Origin: Bdellovibrionota bacterium
GTDB lineage: Bacteria; Bdellovibrionota_G; JALEGL01; DATDPG01
DNA length: 64,000 nt
NCBI GenBank assembly: GCA_963668355.1
Contig: OY764265.1
Span: 1,952,001 to 2,016,000, forward strand
Reading direction: 5' to 3'
In this document: positions 7,386 to 17,590 of the stretch, one piece after another
Position numbering within the stretch: position 1 is the stretch's first letter
How the letters are laid out: each line of letters opens with the position of its first letter
The notes under the pieces: generated by a model
Database searches by the model: none
Told to the model about the DNA's origin: nothing
The model's input: only the letters and a program-made list of their open reading frames with translations
Made by a program: the position numbers and the translations under genes

Positions 7386-8236
7386 CACGAGGTGGTTTGA
7401 TTGCTTTGTTGTTGGTTGTGGGACTTGTGGCCCTTTTTTCTTGTACCTACCGAGTGGGTGAGTGGGAGCAAACCATTCTCATTCAGTTGGGAAAACCCGT
7501 GGCCACCGTTACCGATCCAGGTCTGCACTTCAAAAAACCCTTTGTCCAAGAAGTTCGAACGTTCGACAAACGATTGTTGGAATACGATGCTTCTCCCAGG
7601 GAGTTGATCACGAAAGACAAACAGCAAGTCGTTGTGGACAATTATTCTCGTTGGCGAATTACAGATCCACTTCTTTATTATCAAACGGTTCGAAATCTTG
7701 ACGGGGCCCAGCGGGTCTTGGACGACATTATTTATTCGGCTATTCGAGAAAAAATTGGTCGGGTATCGCTTACCGAGTTGGTTTCTGGAAAACGTGCCGG
7801 CCTTATGGGGGATGTTTTGGTTGAGTCTCAAAACAAATCGAAGGCCTATGGCATTGATGTTGTTGACGTTCGAATTAAGCGCGCCGATCTTCCTGAGAAA
7901 AATGAACGAAATGTGTTTGCCCGCATGCGTGCTGAGCGAGAAAGACAAGCCAAGAAGTTTCGTGCTGAGGGAGAGGAAGAAGCTCAAAAAATTCGTTCCA
8001 CGGCTGAGAAAGAAGCCCGCGTCATTGTGGCGGAAGCCAAAAAACAGTCTGAAATTATTCGCGGGGAAGGCGATGCAAAATCTACGAAGATTTATGCAAA
8101 TGCCTATAATATGGACCCGAAGTTTTATGCGTTCGTGAGGAGTTTAGAGGCTTATCGAAAAGTGTTTAAAGACGGAGCGACGGCACTCTTAACGCCTGAC
8201 AACGAATTTTTGAAATCGTTCAAGCGGGGAAGATAG
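7382..8236 (+). CDS. hflC: FtsH protease modulator HflC
   Basis: PGLHFKKPF, ITKDK, DVRIKRADLP, RMRAER.R.A...RAEG and FY.F.RSLEAY. ATGA overlap with hflK. Confidence 0.95.
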   Translation: MTRGGLIALLLVVGLVALFSCTYRVGEWEQTILIQLGKPVATVTDPGLHFKKPFVQEVRTFDKRLLEYDASPRELITKDKQQVVVDNYSRWRITDPLLYYQTVRNLDGAQRVLDDIIYSAIREKIGRVSLTELVSGKRAGLMGDVLVESQNKSKAYGIDVVDVRIKRADLPEKNERNVFARMRAERERQAKKFRAEGEEEAQKIRSTAEKEARVIVAEAKKQSEIIRGEGDAKSTKIYANAYNMDPKFYAFVRSLEAYRKVFKDGATALLTPDNEFLKSFKRGR

Positions 8237-8240
8237 CTCT

Positions 8241-8678
8241 TCACAGTTCGCGAACGGCTGCAATATACGGGGAACCAATGAGGTGAGCCGTGGATCCGCA
8301 ATCTAGAAGAAGAAATCCCTTTTCTCGATTGATTTCATCGGATAGTCGGGTGCCGTTTTCATGAGGTTGGATGAGAAGTCGGCCCCTTTCTTCGGTTCCA
8401 TCTGTCAAGGTTAAGGCCACGTTTTGAAAACGAGTGTTTTTTAGGGAAACCGGATTCAACTCGAACTCTGCGGTGACCGTAAGTTTGCGAACCGAGGACT
8501 TCCGAACGACCCAGAACTCTCCCGTTTTCGATTCGAAAGGAAAAAAAGAAGCTTCCTGCGAAAGGAGTTCTAAAACACTTTGCCCATTGGTTTTTAGGAA
8601 TACATAACCGCGAATGGAAGGGCGACCATCCACATATAAATCAACTTCCCGCTTTTTTTTCTCAACGCGGAGACTCAT
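8241..8678 (-). CDS. Hypothetical protein with two internally similar halves (DUF6812-like)
   Basis: Repeated G...(SV/RL)-x-(E/D)-xx-(S/N)...F pattern. Family is recalled, not verified. Confidence 0.55.
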   Translation of the reverse strand: MSLRVEKKKREVDLYVDGRPSIRGYVFLKTNGQSVLELLSQEASFFPFESKTGEFWVVRKSSVRKLTVTAEFELNPVSLKNTRFQNVALTLTDGTEERGRLLIQPHENGTRLSDEINREKGFLLLDCGSTAHLIGSPYIAAVREL

Positions 8679-8714
8679 GAATGAAAGCCATTTTGCCTTC
8701 TTCTTGTTCCAAAG

Positions 8715-9212
8715 TCACGATTTGCGAGTTGCTGTGATGAAGGAGTAGGTCAGTTGGGGATCTTTGGGGTGACTTTTTTCCTCTCTCTCCAAAATATGAA
8801 AATCTGAATGTAGATTGAATTTTGGAAAGAAAGTATCTCCTTCATATTCTTTGTGAACGAGTGTGAGATAGAGCTGTTGCGTGAGGGGAAGGGCCTCTTC
8901 ATAAACCGAGAACCCGCCAATGGCAAAACACTCTGAGGCCTTAGAATCACAAAGGTTGAGAGCTTCTTTAAAGTTTGAGGCGACTTGGATGTGAGGAATG
9001 GAGATCGATTCAGGTTTTCGGGTTAGGACAATGTTTTGTCTTCCGGGAAGGGCTCGACCAATGGATTCCAATGTTTTTCTTCCCATGATGATGGGGTGGC
9101 CCATGGTGATTTTCTTAAAACGTTTCAAGTCTTCGGGAATGTGCCAGGGGAGTTGGCCATTTAAACCAATCACGCGTTGCTCTGTCATGGCCACAATGAG
9201 AGAGCGTTTCAT
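8715..9212 (-). CDS. folA: Dihydrofolate reductase
   Basis: [36 protein letters not shown] and GDTFFP. Confidence 0.97.
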   Translation of the reverse strand: MKRSLIVAMTEQRVIGLNGQLPWHIPEDLKRFKKITMGHPIIMGRKTLESIGRALPGRQNIVLTRKPESISIPHIQVASNFKEALNLCDSKASECFAIGGFSVYEEALPLTQQLYLTLVHKEYEGDTFFPKFNLHSDFHILEREEKSHPKDPQLTYSFITATRKS

Positions 9213-10006
9213 ACCGAGATGGGGGCCTTGATGGTTGGGTAGGGATCGTAGTTTTCCAACGTAAAATCTTCGTATTGAAATTCGAAGATGGATTTGACCT
9301 GAGGATTGATGCGCATTTCGGGCAGAGGTCGAGGCTCTCTTGAAAGCTGTAGCTTGGCTTGCTCGATATGGTTTTTGTACAGGTGAACATCTCCAAAAGT
9401 ATGGACGAAGAATCCGGGTTTGAGATCGGTGATTTGAGCCACCATCATCGTGAGAAGCGCGTAACTGGCGATGTTAAACGGAACTCCCAGAAAGAGGTCA
9501 GCGCTTCGTTGATACAATTGACACGAAAGTTTGCGATCTCCATGGACATAAAACTGGAACATCGTATGGCAGGGCGGGAGGGCCATCTCCTCGATTTCAC
9601 CGACATTCCAGGCGCTTACGATGAGCCTTCGAGATTGAGGGTTCTGAAGGATCTCTTGAATAACTTGATTGATTTGATCGACAGGCTTTCCATTTTTCTG
9701 CGCCCAATTTCTCCATTGAACGCCATATATGGGGCCCAGATTTCCTTTCTCATCGGCCCATTCGTCCCAAATGGTGACTTTGTTTTGGTTGAGGTAGGCG
9801 ATGTTGCTATCTCCACGAAGAAACCATAAGAGTTCATGAATGATGGATCGGAGATGACATTTTTTTGTCGTGACCAGTGGAAATCCTTGGCTTAGATCAT
9901 ACTTGGTTTGGGCACCAAAGATACTGAGGGTACCCGTTCCGGTTCGATCTATACGGGGCTCTCCTTCATTCAGGACGGTTTTCAGTAATTCAAGATACGT
10001 CTTCAT
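9209..10006 (-). CDS. thyA: Thymidylate synthase
   Basis: DRTGTGT, ELLWFL, ALPPCH and [18 protein letters not shown]. Confidence 0.98.
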   Translation of the reverse strand: MKTYLELLKTVLNEGEPRIDRTGTGTLSIFGAQTKYDLSQGFPLVTTKKCHLRSIIHELLWFLRGDSNIAYLNQNKVTIWDEWADEKGNLGPIYGVQWRNWAQKNGKPVDQINQVIQEILQNPQSRRLIVSAWNVGEIEEMALPPCHTMFQFYVHGDRKLSCQLYQRSADLFLGVPFNIASYALLTMMVAQITDLKPGFFVHTFGDVHLYKNHIEQAKLQLSREPRPLPEMRINPQVKSIFEFQYEDFTLENYDPYPTIKAPISV

Positions 10007-10078
10007 GATTCGTTTTCTTGGTGTAACACGGCTCCGGGGATAACGCGAAGCTGAAAATGAGAGAGAAGAGGGTTTCTC

Positions 10079-10372
10079 TTATTTCTTTGTAAGGGCTCGT
10101 GAAGATGGGCCTGAGAAAAGAAGGCTGCTCAACGTGGTTGCAATTACAAAAACGACGCCAATGATTAAGAAGATGGCCAAGCCGAAAAACAATCCCACGA
10201 TCACGAGAAGCACCGAGAGAATTCCCAGCACACGTCGTCCCCAGATTTTTAGTGGATCTTGAAGAGCCTCCTTGGGGGGTGGTGAAGCGTTTCCAGGTTT
10301 GGATCTGGAAGTTCCCTGAGCACTTCTTGGGGTGCCATATGTTTCTTCAAATTTTTGTTTGTCCTCGGTCAT
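10079..10372 (-). CDS. Small membrane protein
   Basis: ATG 10372 (MTEDKQKF...) overlaps the upstream stop (ATGA). Long hydrophobic C-terminal segment. Confidence 0.6.
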   Translation of the reverse strand: MTEDKQKFEETYGTPRSAQGTSRSKPGNASPPPKEALQDPLKIWGRRVLGILSVLLVIVGLFFGLAIFLIIGVVFVIATTLSSLLFSGPSSRALTKK

Positions 10373-10980
10373 GGTTTTTGGAAGACGAGGTTGTGACAAA
10401 TTTCCCCTCGAATCAAGTACTTCTTTTCGAAATTTGTTCGAGGCAAAAACGTGGGATGTGTATCTTGTTGAATTGTTTCGCTCTTTAGAGCTTCCAACCC
10501 CCATACTTCTCTGAAATATTTCGAGGCCTCCTGGGCGTAAGCCTCCACGTTCGTGGCTAACGTGAGTAGTCCTTCTGACTTTAGGGTTTGTGTCATGTGA
10601 TGCATGAAAGGCATGGCGTGCCATCGGAGATTGAGATGTTTTTTCTTTGGATTGGGGTTGGGATAAAGCAAAAAATAACGATCCACCGACTGCGCCCCCA
10701 ACGAATGCGTAATCCAAGAAATGGCATTTGTGTGTAAAGGGAGGAGATTGGGCAGAGAGGGGTGCTCGGATAAGTGCCTTCGAAATGTCCCGAAGCGAAC
10801 GGGAGATTTTTCGATGGCCACGAGAAAGCGTTCTGGGTGAGCTTTGGCGTAACTTAGGGCATGTGTTCCTACGCCGCATCCAATTTCTACGTCTAAGACG
10901 TCTGGAATTTTATTCCAAGAGGACGGAAGGGATGGGCGGGGAACATGTTTCGGGTCAAACTCTCGAACCGATAACGTCAT
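10369..10980 (-). CDS. TrmB-like SAM-dependent methyltransferase (divergent)
   Basis: EIGCGVG, AIEKS, YPNPNPKKKH and RTNFEKKY. Start at MTLSVREF. Confidence 0.78.
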   Translation of the reverse strand: MTLSVREFDPKHVPRPSLPSSWNKIPDVLDVEIGCGVGTHALSYAKAHPERFLVAIEKSPVRFGTFRRHLSEHPSLPNLLPLHTNAISWITHSLGAQSVDRYFLLYPNPNPKKKHLNLRWHAMPFMHHMTQTLKSEGLLTLATNVEAYAQEASKYFREVWGLEALKSETIQQDTHPTFLPRTNFEKKYLIRGEICHNLVFQKP

Positions 10981-10981
10981 T

Positions 10982-12133
10982 CTAAGCGATGTTTTTTCGA
11001 AGGGCTTGCAAGAGCCGCTCAATGTCATTCTCATTGTTGAAATAATGAATGGAAATTCGTACGCCATTTCTTCGAGCTGAAACGTATACGTTCTCCTCCT
11101 GGAGCTTCTTTTCCAAATCTTCCGCATGGTCAGTGGCAAAGGAGATAATTCCACTGTTCATCGATCCTTCAAAGGTGGGGTGTTCATCTCGGGGAGACAA
11201 AATTACGCGATTGAGTTTTTTAAGGCCATGGACGACTTGATTGGAAAGGTCAAATATGCGCTCCGCAATGTTTTCGATGCCCAGGTCCAAAACCACTTTG
11301 GCAGCTGCATTTAGGCCAAAAAACATGCCCGCATGAGGTGTTCCCAATTCAATGGCTGCAGCGGATTCCAATAAATCTGGGGTGTTATTGCTCAGTTCCC
11401 ATGGGTTCTTCACACTCATCCAGCCCGCGACGGGCCAGCGAATGCTTTTTCGAAACTCTGGGCTGGCATAAAAGACACTTCCCCCACATCCGGCTCCGAT
11501 CCACTTGTGAGCCGAGGCAGTCAGTGCGGAGATGTGACAATCTTTTACCGAAATGGGAAAGGCTCCAAAGCCTTGTGTGGCATTGACGATAAATGGAATG
11601 GAAAGAGCACGGAGCTCGTTTCCCAGTAGTCGAAGGTTTTGGCGAAATCCGGTCGAAAATTGCACAAAACTGGACACTACGGCTACCGTATTGGAGTCAA
11701 TCTGATCCAACATGTCTTGGATGGAAACGCGACCCTCTTTGGAGGGAACGAGCCGGACTTCATATCCTTGTTGATGCCAAGCCAGAACCGAAGAGGGGAA
11801 TTCGTCTTTTGGGAGAACTACATTTGGTGTTTCCCTTCTGGAGCGCAAGGCCATCGCGAGTAAATTCATGCTCAAACTGGTGTTGGGAGATAGGGCGATG
11901 TCTTCAGGCTCGGCTTCCAGAATCTCAGCGGTGCACTTTCGGTAGGAGTCGATGATGTCTCCCACAACATCAAAGCCCTCGAAGCCCTTCAAATGAATGT
12001 GATCTACATGTGATCGAATGGCTTCATGAACTTCTCGATGCAAGAGCGTGACGCATGCATTCATTAAATAAGATCGACCCTGACACGCAGGAAATTCTTC
12101 GCGTACTTTTTCCCAATTAAGCCTGGTGGACAT
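10982..12133 (-). CDS. Class V PLP-dependent aminotransferase-fold enzyme
   Basis: REEFP, EFPS, VQFSTG, NATQG.G, ASAHKW (PLP Lys), ELGT and RISIHYFN. Confidence 0.85.
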   Translation of the reverse strand: MSTRLNWEKVREEFPACQGRSYLMNACVTLLHREVHEAIRSHVDHIHLKGFEGFDVVGDIIDSYRKCTAEILEAEPEDIALSPNTSLSMNLLAMALRSRRETPNVVLPKDEFPSSVLAWHQQGYEVRLVPSKEGRVSIQDMLDQIDSNTVAVVSSFVQFSTGFRQNLRLLGNELRALSIPFIVNATQGFGAFPISVKDCHISALTASAHKWIGAGCGGSVFYASPEFRKSIRWPVAGWMSVKNPWELSNNTPDLLESAAAIELGTPHAGMFFGLNAAAKVVLDLGIENIAERIFDLSNQVVHGLKKLNRVILSPRDEHPTFEGSMNSGIISFATDHAEDLEKKLQEENVYVSARRNGVRISIHYFNNENDIERLLQALRKNIA

Positions 12134-12221
12134 GCCGGGGCCTATAACACCTTTTGACGCGTATCGTAAAGGACCTGAGACATTTTTACGGTTCAAAAAG
12201 ACCGGAAAAATCCTTGTTTTT

Positions 12222-12728
12222 TCAGGAGGTTCTGTCTTCTTCAGACAATGAGTCGTCCCGGTAGAGCTCCTTATCCAAGCGATCTCGATACTTCTGGTCG
12301 ATGCGGTCCTCATTCAACTGATTTTGAGGTTCCTTTTCGGAAAGCCCGGGTTTTGCTTTGAAGTATCTTAGGGCGAAGAAAACAACCGCGATTCCGATCA
12401 GAAAAATAAAAAACGGGAAAATCCATGCCATGGCGCTAAAGCCTGTGACTTTGGGGGCAGCAAGAATTCGTTCACCGTATTTTTTTTCAAAGATGGAAAG
12501 AATTTCTTCTTTGGTCTTTCCTTCGTTCAAGAAGGTCCGAATTTCATCCCTCATTTGGTAAGCAATTTGGGAATGATGTTCGGATACGGGGGCGGTCCAA
12601 CAACACGGTGCGATCAAGAGAGACTCAATCTCTTTGGCTTGATCTTCCAGTGAAGTTTGTGCCTGAATGGGACAAAAGAACCCAAAGAAGATGGAAAGAA
12701 AAAGAATTCCTGAAAAAAAGATCTTCAT
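12222..12728 (-). CDS. ccmH: Cytochrome c biogenesis CcmH/NrfF-like protein
   Basis: Signal peptide, L.APCC, A.QMRDEI...L.EG.T.EEI and YGERILAAP, then a TM helix. Confidence 0.75.
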   Translation of the reverse strand: MKIFFSGILFLSIFFGFFCPIQAQTSLEDQAKEIESLLIAPCCWTAPVSEHHSQIAYQMRDEIRTFLNEGKTKEEILSIFEKKYGERILAAPKVTGFSAMAWIFPFFIFLIGIAVVFFALRYFKAKPGLSEKEPQNQLNEDRIDQKYRDRLDKELYRDDSLSEEDRTS

Positions 12729-12736
12729 GACGGTCC

Positions 12737-14518
12737 TTAAAGTTTAAATCGATCCACTTGGTTTTTAAGGGCCTGTGCCTCTTCGGCTAAGGTTTGAACG
12801 GCCAATGTCATCTGGCCCTCGACCAAAGATAGGTTTTGTTTGGCCACTTCGGCGATTTCTTCGATGGATTGAATGATCATTTCACCACCTCTTTTTTGTT
12901 CGGCCGTCGCATCACGCATTTGTTTGGTTAATTCCGTCATATGTCTTGAGGACAATTCAATTTCATGGGTTCCCGAGGCATTTTCTTTGGAAGCCGTGAC
13001 GATTTGACGGGAGAGGTCGGTCATATTGGTGGCTGTCAGGAGCAGTTTTTCGGAAGCATTCTCATGTTCGTTTGTGGCGGCGGAGGCTTCTCTGACGAGC
13101 CGGGCCGTTTTTTCAATGGATTGTACGATGCGATTTAAAATTTCGTCGGCCATTTGAACCGAGGAATGGGTATCGGTTTGAACTTGTTGAATGATGGCAG
13201 AAATTTCTTTTGTTGCTTTTGCAGATCTTTCGGCTAGACGCTTCACTTCATCAGCGACGACGGCAAAGCCTTTTCCAGCTTCTCCAGCTCGGGCTGCTTC
13301 AATGGCCGCGTTTAAGGCCAAAAGATTTGTCTGGTCGGCGATTTCATCAATCACGCCAATGATTTTTCCGATTTCATCGGAGTATTGACCAATGGAGTTG
13401 ATGGATCTTTGTAGTTGATTGCTACTCTCTCTGACGTCCTTTTCAGATACTTTGGACATGCTCTCCACTTGTTCAATGGCCGAGGACACGGTTCGGACCG
13501 TTTCCTTCATTCGGCTCAAGGTGATGGAGGTATCATCGATGACGCTGAGCAGTGTCTCCCCATTTGCGGCCGTCTGCGTCAATGTCGCATTCATTTCCTG
13601 AATGGCCATGGTGGTTTCTTCAACGCTTGCGGCGAGGTTCTCCGCATTTTGGGCCATTTGTTGGATTTGCGTAGCCATCTCAACCATGGCGGATGAATTT
13701 TCTTCCGTCGCATTGGACTGCGTTTCGGCACCTTGTCCAACTTGTTCGGTGGCCGTCGAAATTTCTCGAGCCGAGTGCTCGACTTTTCGGGATACGCTCA
13801 GAATTTGTCCCACCATTTCTCTCAAATTGCTCACCATGAGACAGAATGTGTTGGAGAGAGTTCCCAATTCATCTTTTCGGGAAGACGGAAGGGGGGTCTC
13901 CGTTAGGTCATTTCGTGAGATGCGAAAGGCCTGTTCTGTAAGGTCCCGAATGGGACGTGTGAGAGCGGTTCCGATGATGAAAGCAGCGAAAAATCCCAAC
14001 AATAAAATGATGGCGGAGAATAACGTTGTCTTCTGAAGTTGATCTTGTTTATCTGCGTCAAGTTCCCTTAGCGAAAAGCCGATGACCAAGGTTGCCTTTG
14101 TTTTGCTTTGCGTAATAAACGGAGCTACGACGTTTAATAGATCCCCTTTGATCAGTGTGCCTGTTTTTTCAAAGGAATCTAGGTCAAGTGAGGGCATTCG
14201 TTTGGTGTTCCAGCCTGAAAACACGGAACCATCGGATCGGATCACGGCGGCATATTCGGTTTCTTCGGCATTGCTCAATCCGCTCAAGAGTTCCGTGACG
14301 GATTCCTTGTCTTCAAATTCGACACCTGGCGCAATGGCTTGTTTCAGGGCCGCTGCGACACCCGTGGCTCTTCGCTCCGCCCATTTTTGCGCCGTGGTTT
14401 CCATTTTCGAAGGGAAAAATAAAAGCGAGAAGACTGCGATTAACGCAATGAGAGCAGTTACAAGACCCACTAGCGTGAGGCGAACGCTTCTCTTTGGTTT
14501 TCCAAGGGTGTCTTTCAT
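12737..14518 (-). CDS. Methyl-accepting chemotaxis protein
   Basis: Two TM helices, a HAMP domain (DELGTL) and the hairpin tip IADQTNLLALNAAIEAARAGEAGKGFAVVADEV. Confidence 0.96.
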   Translation of the reverse strand: MKDTLGKPKRSVRLTLVGLVTALIALIAVFSLLFFPSKMETTAQKWAERRATGVAAALKQAIAPGVEFEDKESVTELLSGLSNAEETEYAAVIRSDGSVFSGWNTKRMPSLDLDSFEKTGTLIKGDLLNVVAPFITQSKTKATLVIGFSLRELDADKQDQLQKTTLFSAIILLLGFFAAFIIGTALTRPIRDLTEQAFRISRNDLTETPLPSSRKDELGTLSNTFCLMVSNLREMVGQILSVSRKVEHSAREISTATEQVGQGAETQSNATEENSSAMVEMATQIQQMAQNAENLAASVEETTMAIQEMNATLTQTAANGETLLSVIDDTSITLSRMKETVRTVSSAIEQVESMSKVSEKDVRESSNQLQRSINSIGQYSDEIGKIIGVIDEIADQTNLLALNAAIEAARAGEAGKGFAVVADEVKRLAERSAKATKEISAIIQQVQTDTHSSVQMADEILNRIVQSIEKTARLVREASAATNEHENASEKLLLTATNMTDLSRQIVTASKENASGTHEIELSSRHMTELTKQMRDATAEQKRGGEMIIQSIEEIAEVAKQNLSLVEGQMTLAVQTLAEEAQALKNQVDRFKL

Positions 14519-14822
14519 GATTCAGTCCTCTTGTCTTCGGTCATATCGGATGTTGCGAAAGGCAGTCTAGCCCAATTATGCTAACGAAATCTTTAGATTT
14601 TGCGAGAAAACACTCTGTTTTTCTAGACGGATCTTCGCTTCCACCTTTTGACGGTCGTACGCGGATTTTTTTGGGTGCTTTCTGGGTAACTCTGGCTATT
14701 TTCGATGTCTCACGATAAAAAAGATTGAATACGTTGTCTGCGATCGAGGCGTGGTCATGAGGCCAAGATCATCGTCCATTTTGCTTTCTTACAGGAGCAG
14801 GGAATTTATGGGAGGCCAAAAA

Positions 14823-15218
14823 ATGCTAAAAAAAGTGCTCGTGGTTGAAGACTCCGAACTATTGCACAATATGTATCAGCTGGCACTCAAGCGCTATGAA
14901 GATTGTCAATATGTGAAAGCCAATAATGGACGTGAAGGTCTGGATGTTTTGGCTTCTGAACATGATGTCGATTTGATTCTCTTGGATATCAACATGCCCA
15001 TCATGAATGGCATTGAATTCTTACAAGCGATCAAGCAACAAGAGGCGTATCAAGAAATTCCCGTGATCATCATCAGTACGGAGGGAAAGGAGGAAGATAC
15101 AAAACGGGGGCTTGAGATGGGTGCTAGGGCATACATCACCAAGCCTTTTCAGTCGGTGATGCTCCATGAATTGATTGATCAGGTTTTGTCAGAGAAAAAG
15201 GCGAAAGTGTCCAGTTAA
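14823..15218 (+). CDS. cheY: Single-domain response regulator
   Basis: VLVVEDS, LDINMP.MNG, ISTE and YITKPF. First gene of the che operon. Confidence 0.88.
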   Translation: MLKKVLVVEDSELLHNMYQLALKRYEDCQYVKANNGREGLDVLASEHDVDLILLDINMPIMNGIEFLQAIKQQEAYQEIPVIIISTEGKEEDTKRGLEMGARAYITKPFQSVMLHELIDQVLSEKKAKVSS

Positions 15219-15236
15219 GATTTCTCCGGGGTAGGT

Positions 15237-16994
15237 TTGAAGATGGATCATGAATTTTCCTCACTCATTCGAGATTTTGTAGACGAGACCACACCTCTGA
15301 TCGAACAAATCGGGAAATCTTTCTTAGAGATCGAGCGCCTTTGGAAGTTGAAGACCTTTCCAAAGGATATTTTCCCAAGTGTTTTGAGTGATCTTCATAC
15401 GGTAAAGGGAAATTCCGCGATGATGGGATTTACACCCATTCAATCGGTTGCTCATGCGATGGAAGATCTTTGTGTTGTTCTCCAAAAAAAGACTTTCGAA
15501 TCTCCAGATACTGCGAGTTTGTTGCTTGAAGGTGGAGATCTCTTATTGCATATGATTCAAGAGGCTCCCCATGGAGAGGTTGAGGAAGGCCCTGCACAAA
15601 ACTATGTGCAAAAGATCAACCAACATACTGAAAAACTGAACGAGCGTAGGAAGAGTCCAGAACGCCGTACGGGTCAGGAGTGGAGAACCCGAAAAGATCG
15701 TCGGGAAACGAAAGAAAGAAGAAATATAACGGCTCCAAAAGGATCTTCGACTTCGCAACGGGAAAAAGGTTTTGGAAAAACGAATGACACCATTCGAATC
15801 GATTTTCAGAAATTGGATACTTTATTGGAAACGGTTGGGGAAGGTGTAATTGCGCATTCTGCTCTGGTCGAAAGCCATCGCCAGATTTTGAATCATTATG
15901 GGAACAATGAGGAAATTTCTTCCCTGGAACAGACAATCCTTCTTTTGGGAAAAAATTTGAAAGATTTGCAGAGGACTTTAATGGATGCACGCTTGTTGCC
16001 AATGTCCTCTATTTTTTCCCGTTTTCCACGGGTTGTTCGAGACCTTTCGGTTGAAATGAAAAAAACGGTTTCACTCTCCATCACCGGGGAGGAAACCCGT
16101 TTGGATAAACGCATCATTGACCGAATTGGGGAGCCTTTGTTGCATTTGATTCGAAATACCATGGCGCATGGCATTGAGGAGACCAAGGAGAGAATTTCCC
16201 AAGGAAAAAAGGAAGAGGGGACGATTTCTCTTTCCGCTCAACAGCTCTCAGATCGTGTTGTGGTTACCATTCAGGATGATGGTCGGGGACTGGATATTAA
16301 GAAGATTAAGAAAAAGGCTAAGGAAGACGGCATTGACGTGGACGCGCTCTCCGAGGAAGAGGTCAAGCGTTTGATTTTTCGATCGGGACTTTCCACTCAA
16401 GAACATGTGTCAAAACTTGCGGGTCGGGGTGTGGGATTGGATGTTGTTGCCCACATCGTTTCTCAGCTTGGTGGGTCGGTGGACGTTTCAAGCAAAGAAG
16501 GAGAGGGAACGCGCTTCGACTTAAATCTTCCCTTAACGGTGACCCTTCTTCGATGTTTGTTGGTTGAGGTGGATACCGAGGTTTTCGCCATTCCGTTGAG
16601 TGAAGTGGTGGAGACGGCTCGAACCACTCATTCGCAAGTACATCAACTTTCCAAACGGAACGTTTTGCGATGGCGAGGAGAAGTGGTTCCGATTTCCGAT
16701 TTGGGAGATTTGATGGGAACGGTCTCCTCGAATGCCCAGAAAAGAGGTTTTTTCGTTTTTGTTGCGACTTCAGGTCAGAAAAGAGCCATGAGGGTAGATC
16801 GGGTGCTCGGACATCAGGATGTTGTGGCCAAACAGCTGGATGATTTTTTAGGCAAACCAGATGTCATTTCTGGAGGGACCATCTTAGGAAACGGTCAGGT
16901 GGTTTTTATGCTGGATGTGCCTCGAATTATTGAGCAAGGAATCTTCGAAACGCGAACCGTACAGTCAAACTCGTTCGAAGAAAAGTCGATGTAA
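15237..16994 (+). CDS. cheA: Chemotaxis histidine kinase
   Basis: Hpt HTVKGNS, IRID..KLD.L, HLIRN...HG.E, DDGRG, GRGVGLDVV and a C-terminal CheW domain. No P2 domain. Confidence 0.95.
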   Translation: MKMDHEFSSLIRDFVDETTPLIEQIGKSFLEIERLWKLKTFPKDIFPSVLSDLHTVKGNSAMMGFTPIQSVAHAMEDLCVVLQKKTFESPDTASLLLEGGDLLLHMIQEAPHGEVEEGPAQNYVQKINQHTEKLNERRKSPERRTGQEWRTRKDRRETKERRNITAPKGSSTSQREKGFGKTNDTIRIDFQKLDTLLETVGEGVIAHSALVESHRQILNHYGNNEEISSLEQTILLLGKNLKDLQRTLMDARLLPMSSIFSRFPRVVRDLSVEMKKTVSLSITGEETRLDKRIIDRIGEPLLHLIRNTMAHGIEETKERISQGKKEEGTISLSAQQLSDRVVVTIQDDGRGLDIKKIKKKAKEDGIDVDALSEEEVKRLIFRSGLSTQEHVSKLAGRGVGLDVVAHIVSQLGGSVDVSSKEGEGTRFDLNLPLTVTLLRCLLVEVDTEVFAIPLSEVVETARTTHSQVHQLSKRNVLRWRGEVVPISDLGDLMGTVSSNAQKRGFFVFVATSGQKRAMRVDRVLGHQDVVAKQLDDFLGKPDVISGGTILGNGQVVFMLDVPRIIEQGIFETRTVQSNSFEEKSM

Positions 16995-17014
16995 GTATTT
17001 TGGGAGGAATAATC

Positions 17015-17590
17015 ATGCCGGAAAAACTTCCGCCTTCGGGAATGGCAGAGGATGTCTTGGGAAACCGTTCAGGCAAAGAATCTGGTCTAGAAAAAAGTCT
17101 ATTGGAATTTGTGGACCGTCTTAGGGAGTCTGAAGAAAAGAACCTCTCGGAAGAAGCTGTCTCAGAACTTCACTTGGTCACCTTTTTGTTGGGCCAGGAA
17201 GAATATGGAGTGTCTATTCAGCAAGTTGTGGAGATTATTCGTGTGTCAAGCATTACGAGAGTTCCCGGTTCTCCACCAAATGTTCGGGGTGTGACCAACC
17301 TGCGGGGTCGGATCGTTCCTATTTTTGAAATTGGTCCGCAATTTGGAGGAGAGAAAGTTAATCTTCGGGATGCCACCCGAATTCTTTTGGTTGAAATTGA
17401 AAAAAGACTTGTTGGTTTGATCGTGAATGAGGTTCGACAGGTTGTGAAAATACCTACTTCTTCGGTTTCTCCTCCCCCTTCTGACGTTGTTGGAAAGGGG
17501 AGCGAATACATCGTTGGGGTAGCGAAGCAAGAAGAAAAGTTAGTCATTCTTCTGGACCTTGACAAGCTCCTTCTCGGAGGTGGTGCGTGA
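17015..17590 (+). CDS. cheW: Chemotaxis coupling protein
   Basis: F.LG.EEYG, ITRVPG.P..VRGV.NLRG.IVP and ILLDLDKL. Confidence 0.93.
   Translation: MPEKLPPSGMAEDVLGNRSGKESGLEKSLLEFVDRLRESEEKNLSEEAVSELHLVTFLLGQEEYGVSIQQVVEIIRVSSITRVPGSPPNVRGVTNLRGRIVPIFEIGPQFGGEKVNLRDATRILLVEIEKRLVGLIVNEVRQVVKIPTSSVSPPPSDVVGKGSEYIVGVAKQEEKLVILLDLDKLLLGGGA

Noticed and set aside
10373..10879. Long 5' extension of ORF 10079-10879
   Set aside because: It overlaps the trmB-like gene in another frame. ATG 10372 gives a clean ATGA coupling.
10982..12133. Cysteine desulfurase (sufS/iscS) call
   Set aside because: The catalytic Cys motif (RxGHHC or GSAC) is absent, so the call was left as a generic class V PLP enzyme.
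12150..12202. Imperfect inverted repeat upstream of the PLP enzyme
   Set aside because: The arms are short and AT-rich with no second copy, so it may be chance.
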